Assembly (NCBI RefSeq): GCF_009914755.1
Contig: NC_060930.1
Direction: 5' to 3' (one strand)
Origin: the human T2T-CHM13v2.0 reference genome, Homo sapiens
Length of the DNA: 64,000 bases
Shown: positions 1 through 14,400 of the stretch, in pieces
Layout of the letters: every line of letters begins with the position of its first letter
Position numbering within the stretch: the stretch's first letter is position 1
Made by a program: the position numbers and the translations under genes
Notes under the pieces: model-generated
What the model was told of the DNA's origin: nothing
What the model saw: only the letters and a program-made list of their open reading frames with translations
Database searches by the model: none

Positions 1-120
1 AGTGACCACCCGGAGAAGGGCTGCCCTAGATTTCTAAGTGGCCCAGAGGCCCTATAGGGCCTAACAGTGGCCCAAGAGAAAACAGTTCAGCTTGCTGTGA
101 TGCCTGGTATGCAGAATTGA

Positions 121-467
<347 letters not shown>

Positions 468-938
468 TCACAACCCTTCTTAAAAAAAAAAAACAAAAAC
501 AAACGAAATCTAGGTGTGTTTTTGCCATACAATGTATAGTTCCTTAAAAATCTCATATAAATGCAAAATTGCCACATATAGAATAATGTCTTATTGGTAC
601 ATTTAAATTTAGTTTGATTTTATTAGCTTAGGTTTAGTTTCCATTGGCACTGGCATTTCCAAAGACATAAACCCAATATTTTTCAAAACGGATCCAAAAC
701 ATTTCCTCGAAATCTTTGAATCTACGAGTAAAATGTTACATCTCCTGAGATTTGTTTTGCTCTTTAAAGTAATTCATAATTATATTTTCTCAGCTAGAAA
801 CTGTTTCCCGCTAATGACATCACAGTGCTAATACTTACCTTCTAACTTTCACAGGCAAATGAGGCCTTAATTAGAATACTTCAAGTAAATAAATGTGTTT
901 GAAGGGATTTCCTAGCATTGTACTTAAAAGGATCGTTA

Positions 939-1302
939 GGCTAGGCGAGGTGGCTCATGCCTATAATCCCAACTTTTTGGGAGGCCAAGGCAGGAGGATC
1001 ATTTAAGGCCAGGAGTTTGAGACCAGTGTGATCAATATAGCAAGACCCCATCTCTACATACATTTTTTTAAGTTTAAATTTAAATTTAAACATTTAAAAA
1101 AATTTTAAATCTACATAAATTTTTAAAATTTTTAAAAAATTGTTGTGCACCTATAGTCCCAGCTACTCGGGAAGGATTCCTTTAGCCCAGGATTCTGTGG
1201 CTGCAGAGAGCTATGATCGTGTCACGGCACTCCAGCCTGGGTGTCAGAATAAGAGATCCCCCACTCCCCACCTCCTGCCCCTCAAAAATAAATAAATAAA
1301 AA
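939..1302 (+). mobile_element. AluJ with expanded AT-rich linker
   Basis: Alu left and right arms separated by ~80 bp AT-rich insert. Confidence 0.85.
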
Positions 1303-1452
1303 GTTTTTTTAAAATAAAAGGACCAACACTCTCACCATTTAGCTGAAATAAAAACCCTTTGCCACATGGCACCCTGGCACAATGTGTTTAATGTGATCAG
1401 ATTTGATGTTAGAAAGGAAGTTATTGACATTCTCATAAGAATTTTTAAAACT

Positions 1453-1751
<299 letters not shown>

Positions 1752-4130
1752 TTAAACTCAAACTAAGATATTTTTTAAATTTGGGGTATTTTCTGGGATA
1801 TCTGATTACCTAAAACAAACTATTAAAATATGCAGTTTTTAAGAACTGAATTTAACAAGCTCTCTAGGAACCAGGAACTATGCATTTCACAGAGGCACTC
1901 TCTTGGTGCTTAGTATGCAAAGAGAAGATGAGAAGATGAGAGCATTTTCTTTGCCCACTAATTTCGCTAATTTGTGTTATTGGGTGATCATATATCCTTA
2001 CTTAAGGGATTAGCCACTGTTGTACCATTTTATTTCAGTGTTCCAAGAATTCCTTTGGAGATTAAAAACAAATCCTTGGAATGAGAATCCAATTTTTTTC
2101 GTCCAAAATTACTTCTTGGGACACCAGTGCAAAATATCAGAAATGAGCTAATCCCTTAAGAAAGGGATATTTGATAACTCAATAGCACAAATTAATTGTG
2201 AGAATGCTCAGGGAATCCAAATGCATTATAATTAATTTAATTCTTAAGAAATACATTGAATAATGTACGTAGCTAATCCCCATAAATGTAACCTAGTGGA
2301 GGGAAGGTGGGAGTTGGCGTTCTTGCCCTTCTCTGATCTTATAAGCCAATAATCAGCCTGCAGTTTCAGGAAGCAGCTCTAGAGTCGGCACATTCATATG
2401 TAAAAGATTATATAGGCATGTAAACTCTACCACAAAAAGATAAATATCATTTCCAGCAGACAAATATATGAAAACAGGTATAAACTGATGGCTCGTACTA
2501 CCCAGTGGAATAAACTCTTCTGCAATAGAATGAATATGTTCTTCTATAAAGGAAAAGAGTCACATCATAGGGAAAAGAGCTTATTTGGTGAGCACATTTA
2601 AAGCTGAATGCGTATATTGTCTCTCGTGGACTTAATGACTCATTTTATTTTTTCCCCCAGAGGTCCAGAGTTACAAAAGCATTATATTTTAAGTTGTGAA
2701 TTCCTCATTACAGAAATGTTTTATGTACTGCTGCATTCAGATTAAGCTTCTCTGGTGATATCAAAAAAAAATTAGTTATCATGTCTAATTTATGACCCAC
2801 TTGGCATGCTTCAGTGAGACATTTAGCAAATCAGATTGGTGGGTTGTCAACTATCTTAAGTAATATCATAGCTACTTACGCCATGTAGCTTTTTTTCAAA
2901 AAAAGACTGTCAACATTTTCAAGGCCTTTTCATTAAACCATTAGCAGCCCAAAGCTAAGTGGTACGCAGTCTAGAAGGAAAAGGGCTGTAGGTGAAATGC
3001 TGCTCCTCTACTGAAATTAAATGCAGACAAACAAAACTCAGAAAACCCATTATGCATCTGGGCAACAGCTGAGTACGCCAGGTGAGTAGATTCACAGGCC
3101 GTGGCCAATTTGTATGGCTTTTCCACCTAACAATAAATTCTAAAGGAACACGAAGCACCGCTCCATACCGTGCAATCTTCATGCCAGCTCTGTCTTGTTT
3201 TCTTCGGGATGCCAGGTGAGAAAAGTCACCATGGATTCTGGGTGGGAAAAGTGAAGGCTTGCTTTCCATCTCACTCCCACCTCCATCTGTGTGACCTCAT
3301 GTGATTAAGCTAAGGCCATTGTCCCTCCATTTGTCCTCCAATGAACAGCCATTGTTCCTTTAGTACAAATGTCCTGAATGCCTACCCTGTGTGTAGTTAC
3401 ACAAATGCATAACCCACAGTCCTGTTCCAGTTGCACAGGAAGTGGCCATCAGATTGAGGGAGTAACAGTAAATCACGAGAGGTTAAAAAACAATACAGAA
3501 TAAAATAACCACAAAAGGCAACTACAAATGGCGACCAAAAGCAAGCAGATGACTAAGTGACTGATGAGTGGTTCAGACAAGAAGCTTTTATGGAGGAGGT
3601 GACTTGGAGGTGGGCAGGATTGAAGCCCACAGAAAGGAGAAAGAGCTGTTATCACACTCCCATGTTTGTGTGACCACATACTACTCATGTGCAAAAAAAA
3701 AAAAAAAAAGCACTGGACTAAGCTCGTTAGTGCTTTCTCCTATCTTTTATACATGTTGCCTCTTTTGTTTTCCCAAAAGGAAGGGAAAAGATAAAAATGG
3801 TATGGCCAGAGCCTGGGCAGTAAGGGAACAAAGAGGGCTAGTCCAGGACATCAGCTGTGGAAAAAGATCAGCCTGAGGCCTGTTCCTACCAGCAGCACCA
3901 TGAGAACTCGGGCAGGGCTTCCTCAGAGCATTGCTCCCCACAGGAAGGGTGGTAGACCAGCAAGCTGGCTCACCACACTACTAGACAGAAGGCAGACAGA
4001 GAACCATTGAGTCAGGGAACGGTCCTTGTGAGGCATCAGATCATTCTTCAGTCCCCTTGCCTCGGCCACATCTTTTAGACTAATTCATTGTTAATTTTCC
4101 TTCAACAAATAAGAACTGCCTCCTATGTGA

Positions 4131-4450
<320 letters not shown>

Positions 4451-4524
4451 CTTCCTATTCTTTCTTAGTCTTAATAAAAGAGATTGTGGCTCACAGTAGA
4501 ACAGGAATTAAGACAGCAGATATA

Positions 4525-4888
<364 letters not shown>

Positions 4889-5044
4889 TTAGGTGCCTAT
4901 TAATTTTGTTCATATATACCTTCCTTGTTTATCAAATGGTGAAAGCAATTCATGCTTTGTAATCTAGTATTTGATTGTGAACCCAAATGAAGTATTTTGG
5001 GGTTTTTGGATTTTGGAGGGTCTTGTTTTTAATTTGTAGGTTTT

Positions 5045-5165
5045 ACCTTATTTTTAACTGACACATAATAATTGTACATATTTTTGGGGTACAGTGGGAC
5101 GTTTCGATGCATGTATACAATGTATAATGACCAAATCAGGGTATTAAGCACACCTATCATTCCTG
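5045..5165 (-). mobile_element. L1M (L1MA-like) 3' end fragment
   Basis: ataataattgtacatatttttggggtaca...aatcagggta resembles a reverse L1MA 3' terminus. Confidence 0.65.
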
Positions 5166-5739
5166 AATGATATTTAAATATTCATTCCTAAATGATATTT
5201 AAGGGTATTAAGCACACCTATCATTCCTGAATGGCATTTGAAGACTAATTAGCTAATTCCAAAAATACTTGGGGTATCTGTGAGAAACAAGCTTTGGGCG
5301 TGGAGTATGAGCCTCCTCTCTGTATCATCATGTGTACTTGAATCCTCAGGTTGTCTGCCTTTTACATCCACAGAAGATGTATGGTTAAGTATTGTAAAGA
5401 TTTCTGATCTCAGGATGCATTTCGCATGTCATACAGAGAACGCAAAGTATATGCAGCATACAGATGCAAAATTGCACAAATGCACACACTGAAGGTAAGC
5501 GTCCCGCATTTGTGATTTTAAGCTACTGAAGGCACAGAGCTCACTCACATTCTTCCTGCTGTGACTCATGGCTTTTGCAGCAGAAAAGAAGACTTTCTTT
5601 CCAGGAATCAATTATTTAATATCTTTCCAAATAAACACATCAAAAGCAAACAATAATACCTATTAGGGAAGAGATATGTAAGCCTGAGAGTTAAACATAT
5701 CCGAACTGCTTTCGACAAACAGGTTATAAAACAGAATGC

Positions 5740-6320
5740 ACAGCCTTAAAAAAGGAAGGCAATTCTGACCTGTGCTACAACATGGATAAACCTTGAGGAC
5801 GTTATGCTAAGTGAGGTAAGCTAGACAGAAAAGGACAAATACTGATGATTCCACACATATGAGGCACTCTCATATGATTTTTACTAATAAAAATTATGGA
5901 GGCAGAAAGTTGCATGGTGGTTGCCAGGGGCTGGGAAAAGAGGAAAATGGGGAGTTATTGTTTAGTGGGTGGAGAGTTCCTGTTTTACAAGCTCAAAGAT
6001 TTCAGGAGATGGATGGCGGTGATGGTTACACAACAATATGAATATACTTAATGCCACTGAAGTGTATGCTTAAAGATAAAGTGGCAAATTTTATGTTATG
6101 TGTATTTTATCACAATTTTTAGAAACAGAAGGCAATGGAAATGTATACAGTGAAATGATGTGATAACTGGAATTTGCCTCAAAATAATGGCAGGAGAGGG
6201 AGTTAGGTAGAGATAAAATAAAGTTGGCCATGATTTGCCCATTGTTAAAGCTGTGTGATGAGCACAAGAGGTTTGATTATATGCTGCTTGCTTCTCTTGT
6301 ATATGTTTGAAATTTTCCTT
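5740..6320 (+). mobile_element. L1M (L1MB/ME-like) 3' UTR fragments
   Basis: acaacatggataaaccttgaggacgttatgctaagtga...ggttgccagggg typical of old L1 3' UTR. Confidence 0.75.
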
Positions 6321-6358
6321 TTTTTTTTTTTTTTTAAGTTTAAGAAAAGGAACCCCAG

Positions 6359-6791
<433 letters not shown>

Positions 6792-7426
6792 TTAATTAAA
6801 TATTTCTTTAAAATTTATTAAATAAAATGTAATGTTTTATTTACTTAAATAAAACAATAGGTTACTTTAAAAAAACTTAAAAAATACACAAGTTAAAAAA
6901 ATAACTTGTGTATTTTTGTACACAAGTTACAAAATAACACTTGGCAATTTTAGAAGCGGCAGTGTGGGCTCTCGCGGGCTCTGGTCCTGAACTGAAGCAG
7001 AAAGCCTTGGTTCTGGGGAGCAGCAGCAGCAGCGAGCAGCCTGAACCCCAGAACGCACCCAGCTGCCACTCCAGCTCCTGCCCTCCTGTGCTCCTAGGAC
7101 AGATGCACACAGACACATTCTTCTGTTAGTTCCCCTTCCCCAGGTTAGATTGATGAGGGGATGCTACTAAGCCCTGGGTTGACCTCTGGGAGCAGGGCCA
7201 GTCGGGGCAATCAGCCAGGCTCTGCCCCAGGCCATCTCTCAGCAAACAGCCCAGACGCTCAGGCTAAGAAGAGCCTTGTCAACCCACCCCAGGCCAGGCC
7301 CCTTTAAAAGCTACTCAAGAAGAGGCCCCAACTGTGGCTCTTTGCATTACAATCAGCCCAAGGCAGAGAGCATGAAATGGTCTCGATGTGTAAATTTTGT
7401 GTTTTACAATGAATATTGTATACTAA

Positions 7427-7901
<475 letters not shown>

Positions 7902-7964
7902 GAATAATTTGTTTCCTACAAAATAACACTGCATACCTACTTGGTCATTCAAAAAGAATTCTAG

Positions 7965-8265
<301 letters not shown>

Positions 8266-9299
8266 TAGGAATTCTAGGTTTTTTATGAGGCTGTATGATA
8301 TACCTCATATAGGAATTATTTCTCACAATATTTATGTGTGGTTACCTTTGAGGCATAATTCAACTAGGAAGTTGAATTACACCCATTATTTAATGAGGAA
8401 GGACAAAATTACATTACCTTTCCTCAACATGAAGAAAAATAAGACTATACAATAAAAGCGTTTTGGAAGCCCCGTGTAAGATATTATAATTACAAAGACA
8501 ATTGGAAAACCCCAAGTGGAAGTTGAACAGAACACTCTTGCTCCTGGGAAGCATCAGAAATAGTCCGAGGATCCTGAGTGGGTGAGTCTTGGGTTTCCAA
8601 TCTCAAGTGGTGATCCAGCATGGAGAGGAAGAGAATGACCAGAGAGAGAAGTAACCATGAAGTATTTTCCCAAAAATATTGAAAGGCATCGTTTGTCTTT
8701 CCCTTTACATGTAGATTCATCTTTTTGTATCCAGGGAAGGAAGGCATGATGCCTGGTCCCCAAGTGCTGCTCTGTAGCAAGACCTGGTCCAGATGCAACC
8801 AGTGTGTTGTATTGGGTAAGACAGCCATAACTCACACAACATCTTTACCAGATGGCAAAACCAGCATAGGTGCACCAAAAGGTCTCTTGAAGAAGGCTCC
8901 TAGTGCCTGTAATAGCTTCCTCATTTCTGTCCCCTAGCAGTCTAAGAATAGACTAGAATAGATGCACAGGTGACCTCCAAGAAATACTAGAGAAAATAGG
9001 GCTTGGGAGCAGATTCTTATGTCCCTGAATCTGCCCTTTTCCAAAAATCTTACATGATCCTAAAATCTAGCAAAGCTATTTAAATTAAAAGCAAAGAGTT
9101 TTAAACCTGTATCACAGATTCTTTTTTCCACATTCTGGTCATATTTTAACAGTTTCATTGGATTGTAAGACCTGCTTTAAATATCCCCAGGACAGATAGA
9201 GTAATCAGCGTCACCTATTTTATGTATGAGGCCAATAGTGAATTTCCCAATCACTGACTACATTCCTGTGTTTTCTGAGATGAGTTCCAGCAGACGCCA

Positions 9300-9478
9300 C
9301 TTTCTGACAGAGCAAGAGGCTGATTTGGGTTCCACCTTCATTCAGAGGTCTACAGACCTGGGAGAGGTGTTGGCCAAATCACTTCACCCTTCAGGGATGA
9401 AATGTTCACCTTTGCAAAATAAAGAGGTTGATCATTTCCAAAGTCCTTTCCAACTCCAACATTCCAGAATGATTCCAT
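9300..9478 (+). mobile_element. MIR3-like SINE
   Basis: Ends gtcctttccaactccaacattccagaatgattc, like the MIR3 3' end. Confidence 0.55.
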
Positions 9479-10279
9479 AAATAAATATTAGATGACAACT
9501 TGTAGTTGTTTTAATGGTAGAAATTTAAGCCAACAATTTAGCCTACAGAGACAATGACCTGAGCAGAGAGTCAGCCCTTGAAATGAGAAATCTGCAAAAC
9601 CGCAGGGGAAGGCAGAACAAAAGCCTTTGACAGCAGGAAGCTAAACTGAGCCTCTTTTTCCACTTTTCATTCGTCCTAGGCACTCCTTCCCCAGCTGATA
9701 TGTCCACCTTCCACAAATAACCAGAAAGCAAACACATATTATGTATGCAACTACGAGCCATGTGTCATTTGTCTGGATTTTCATTTTTTAATAAGCTCTC
9801 TTATCATTAAGCCTCTCTCATTTTAACTTCTTTGCATCCTTCCAACAACTGTGTAATGAGGACGCAGTAAAACCCAAGCACGTAATAAGAGCAGATTACT
9901 CCTTTTAAAAAGCTGACCTGAAGTTCTAGTTTACTAACCAAAATGACTGGAGCCAGGCATATTAGTCCTTTAACCTTTTTATTACGTATATACATGAAAA
10001 CAATTAAAGCTGGGATTTCTTTCCAGTGTATTATCATTTTCTCTTCCCCCTGGCCTTTTTCCATCACATTTCAAAGAATTTACATCATATCCACTGCAGA
10101 GTCTCTCCTGTTTCCATTCTTTTCCCTCCTTTCCTCTTAACAACGGTCATCCTTTTAAGGTTAGCCAACCATGGGCTATCATTATACACCAGCAGTTCAG
10201 TCGGGTTGGTACAGCAGCCGCAAATAAGAAGAAAAAAAGAAAAAAAAACGAAAGGAAAAAAGTTGTGGGGTGGGGGCAT

Positions 10280-10720
10280 TTAAAGCTCCTCATAAAATTA
10301 AATCTTAGATTTAAATTCTCCCTCATATTTTATTGTCTTTTCTTTTCTTTTTCCTGTGGTAAATGGTAATTAGAGTCAATAATCTTTTGCTGAGAGAGCA
10401 CCTTGTCTTCACAGTGTTTATATCATCATCATCAAAGATCTGCCTTAAGGCCCTGGCGTGTTAATAATTTAAGGTGTGCACAGCCTAGTTATAGCAGGAA
10501 GCCTAGTTATTGAGTTTGTAAACCAGCCGATGATTTATGGCAACACCTTGCGTGAGTCATGCTCATTAAATAAAATACTTCGGTTTAATAAGGAACATGG
10601 GGTACACAGTTCTTCCCGTTACAGGGTGAGTGTGCAATTGGAGATTGTTGAGTTTTGTCGCCAGGTTCACCACGGCGATTTTGTCTTAATTGTGTTGGCA
10701 GGCAAGGGAGGGAGGGCCAT
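10280..10720. promoter_or_regulatory. Candidate developmental enhancer (PBX-HOX, TCF/LEF, T-box, AP-1 motifs)
   Basis: ATGATTTATGG 10530-10540, ATCAAAG 10431-10437, AGGTGTG ~10472, TGAGTCA 10553-10559 in repeat-free DNA. Confidence 0.4.
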
Positions 10721-11254
10721 GTGTCTGTGTACATCTGCACATGTATGCATAGCGTGTTGGCCTTCTTCCTCCCCAACAGGGGCTACGAGTCTAGAGCTTT
10801 CTCTCCCTTGAGAAGCTGTATCACAGAAGCCAAACTCTCTGATAGAATGTTAAATCTTTCTCTAAAAGGCTACTAATTAAGAAACCAGAAATGTTCATGG
10901 AAATAAAATTACAAGAAAAAAATCAATATACGGTTGTTAAATGTAGCCTGCATTTAAGAGCCATAACCATATTTTACTGTTAAATGCTACGGTTTACTCA
11001 TTAGGAATTCCTAAGCAGGCTGAGACAGCAAAAGGCAAACACAGCATTCTGGTATGTTTAAAAGAAAATTTGTACGCAAGGTACACTTTTTGTTTTTTTA
11101 ATGTCCCGTATCTGGGACTTTGAAAAAAAAATCGGAATCATTTAGTTGGATGTACTGTTTCCAAACAAATGCATTCCAACAACCACTTGCATTTCTATTA
11201 CTCTGAATTAATTGATCAGAGCATGAAGTGGGCGCTGAGAAAGGTGAGAAGCTA

Positions 11255-11595
<341 letters not shown>

Positions 11596-11700
11596 TGAAC
11601 TTTAATATTTGGTTGTGTTTATTGTTGCATGATCTCTAGGAAAACTTTCCAAAAAAAAAAAAAAAAAGGGTAAGGAAAGACAAACTGAACTTCTGTTTCA

Positions 11701-12103
<403 letters not shown>

Positions 12104-12476
12104 TCACATTCATTTCATACGCTAAATATAGTCAGTGGTTTTTACCAGCTTTCTTTAGAAAATAAATGTATCTTCAAAGGGAGCTGCCGCAGCCAGGGAG
12201 TCCGCTGAGTGAGTAGGTTTACTTTGTGGTCTCTGTTTTACCGCGGAGAAAATGGCTAATCTGAGTTTCGAATTACAGCGCTTCCTTCCCAGGAACCCTA
12301 CCTGCTTTTAGTCTGGTGCTCAATTTGCACGAACTGTCGCCGCTGTTTGTTGATATGGCTTCCATATTCAGAAACCCCACATACTACTCAAGACTAGGAA
12401 GCACGTCATAGCCTGCCCTGATTTTAAATAAAGTTTTACATTTTGCTTTGATAGTATAGGATACTATATTCCCTTT

Positions 12477-12700
12477 CCTGAGGTTGGGAGTTCGAGACAA
12501 GCCTGGCCAACATGGTGAAACCCCGTCTCTACTAAAAATACAAAAAAATTAGCTGGGCGTGGTGGTGGGCGCTTGGAGGCCGAGACCGGAGAATCATTTG
12601 AACCTGGGAGGTGGAGGTTGCAGTGAGCCAAGATCACATTGCACTCCAGCCTGGGCGACAAGAGCAAAACTCGGTCTCAAAAAAATCAAAAAAATAAAAA
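12477..12700 (+). mobile_element. 5'-truncated AluS with internal deletion
   Basis: Starts at cctgagg...; A-rich tail. Confidence 0.85.
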
Positions 12701-12751
12701 CAGAAAGGACCCAGTTTTTCAAGTGTAGTCAATTTTATCCAGCCTCAAAAT

Positions 12752-12828
12752 TTTTATTTTATTTTACTTATTTTTTATTGCTCCTTATGGGGCAGGGCTA
12801 CCCCATAGGCAGTGTCCCCAGAGTAGCA
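12752..12828 (-). mobile_element. Short non-Alu retroposed element (~50-nt body plus A-rich tail)
   Basis: 12-bp TSD cagcctcaaaat (12740-12751, 12829-12840) around an A-tailed hairpin body. Confidence 0.7.
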
Positions 12829-13699
12829 CAGCCTCAAAATATTAAGAAGTACTTACCTTACTCATTTCTAAGACCAATTGTATTCCTTTTCTCTTCATGC
12901 ACAGAAATCTTGTATAGAGAAGTAGTTTCACATTGAAACACTTTATTCAAAATATTTTAAATTCTAAGTGGCCTCATGGACATTTTAATACGTGACATTT
13001 ATAAGACAAATCAGACTGTAAGCTTCTAGCAGACCAAGAATAGGCAGATGTATTAGTTTCTATATTATATTTAACAGTGTCATATAGTTAAGTTATTACT
13101 AAATAGTGATTGCATTAACAGGACCCATGCTATTATCTAGTGCCTCCTTAGGTTTGACAATGTTTTCCTTTTCTGTAATGAACTACAGATCTGGCTTGCA
13201 CATGATTTTTACAATTTTAGCTTTGATTTCAGAAATGTACATGTTTAAGAATAAATTAAATAGCTGCAAGTCCATAAAAAAATCTGTGTGTGTGTTTGTG
13301 TGTGCACTCCCATAAACTTGCTTTAAGACCAGCAGACTGAGGCCCTTGAGATTTTAATAAATATGTCCAGGGTCATATAATTGTTGGTTACTTTGGTTCA
13401 TCTAATAATGAAAACATAACTCTCATTCTTTGTGTTCTTACAATACTTTTCAGGGTCTCAGAGCTCTTTCCCAAGAGTGTTTCACACCTGCTTGTTTGCC
13501 CTCAGCCTCGGTGGCGGAGCAGATCCCTCCAAGTAAACAGCTACATCCCCACGGTGCCTGTAACAACTCACAAAGCGTGCAGTCCCTAAACCCCACTCCG
13601 AGGAAGGCCCTTAAACTAAAGCCACTCCCATGTAATTCACCCTTGGTAGAATCTAAGATCAGTCTCTGTTGCCATCAGTTTCACTGTAGGGTAAATAAT

Positions 13700-14400
13700 G
13701 TTTGAGTTCCTGGAAATGTCTCCTTATTTTCTGTTCTTGCAGTTCCACGAATAAGTATCCCAAAATAAGGGCAAAACATGAGCATTTTGAAAACATTTGT
13801 TTTCCAACCTGCCGGCTGCATTTTCCACCAAGGCATTGGACACGCACTCTGACTGAGCCCGCACATTCCCCACAGGCCAACTGCCTTTGACGTCAGTGGG
13901 AGCTTGGCCTTCTCGAAGACAGAGGCAAAGATAATATTTGCAAAGTCAGCTTTGCAAAATTCAGCTTTTCTCCGCTTTGCTGCAGATTGAATGATAAGCC
14001 TGGGACCAGCAGAGATAACGTTTCACAGGGGTTTCCCTATCTGGACCCTCCTACCAAATTCGTGGAAATCAGTCTTTAAGAAAACCGGACGAGCCACTCA
14101 TAATGGCCTGGCCACCACACCTGTCTGATAGCATCTCAGCTACTCCCTTCAAAGACAACAACGGGGTAGCAATTTTTTTAAATGCCTCTGTTACAATACA
14201 GTATATTTTACTCACTGCACCAAAATGTCAGCACAATGGAAAACAGATTGTTTACGCTGACCCAAGGATAAATATTTACGAGCCAGCAAATACAAACCTT
14301 GTCAAAGTCGACTGGTCAACAAGCAATCTTCCAGGAGAGGGACCCATTTTATGAAGGGTGTGTACTTTCTGACGTCAGCCATTTTGCAAGGGGACATTTG
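13700..14400. promoter_or_regulatory. Candidate signal-responsive enhancer (2 CRE, NF-kB, STAT, GATA, HOX motifs)
   Basis: TTCCTGGAA 13707, TGACGTCA 13888 and 14370, GGGGTTTCCC 14028, TTTACGA 14275. Confidence 0.4.

Noticed and set aside
831-841. ATACTTACCT matching the U1 snRNA 5' end
   Set aside because: Only ~10 nt match and no U1 body; at most an isolated minus-strand donor consensus.
7018-7040. (CAG)n run
   Set aside because: Only 4-5 units, not in a supported coding frame.
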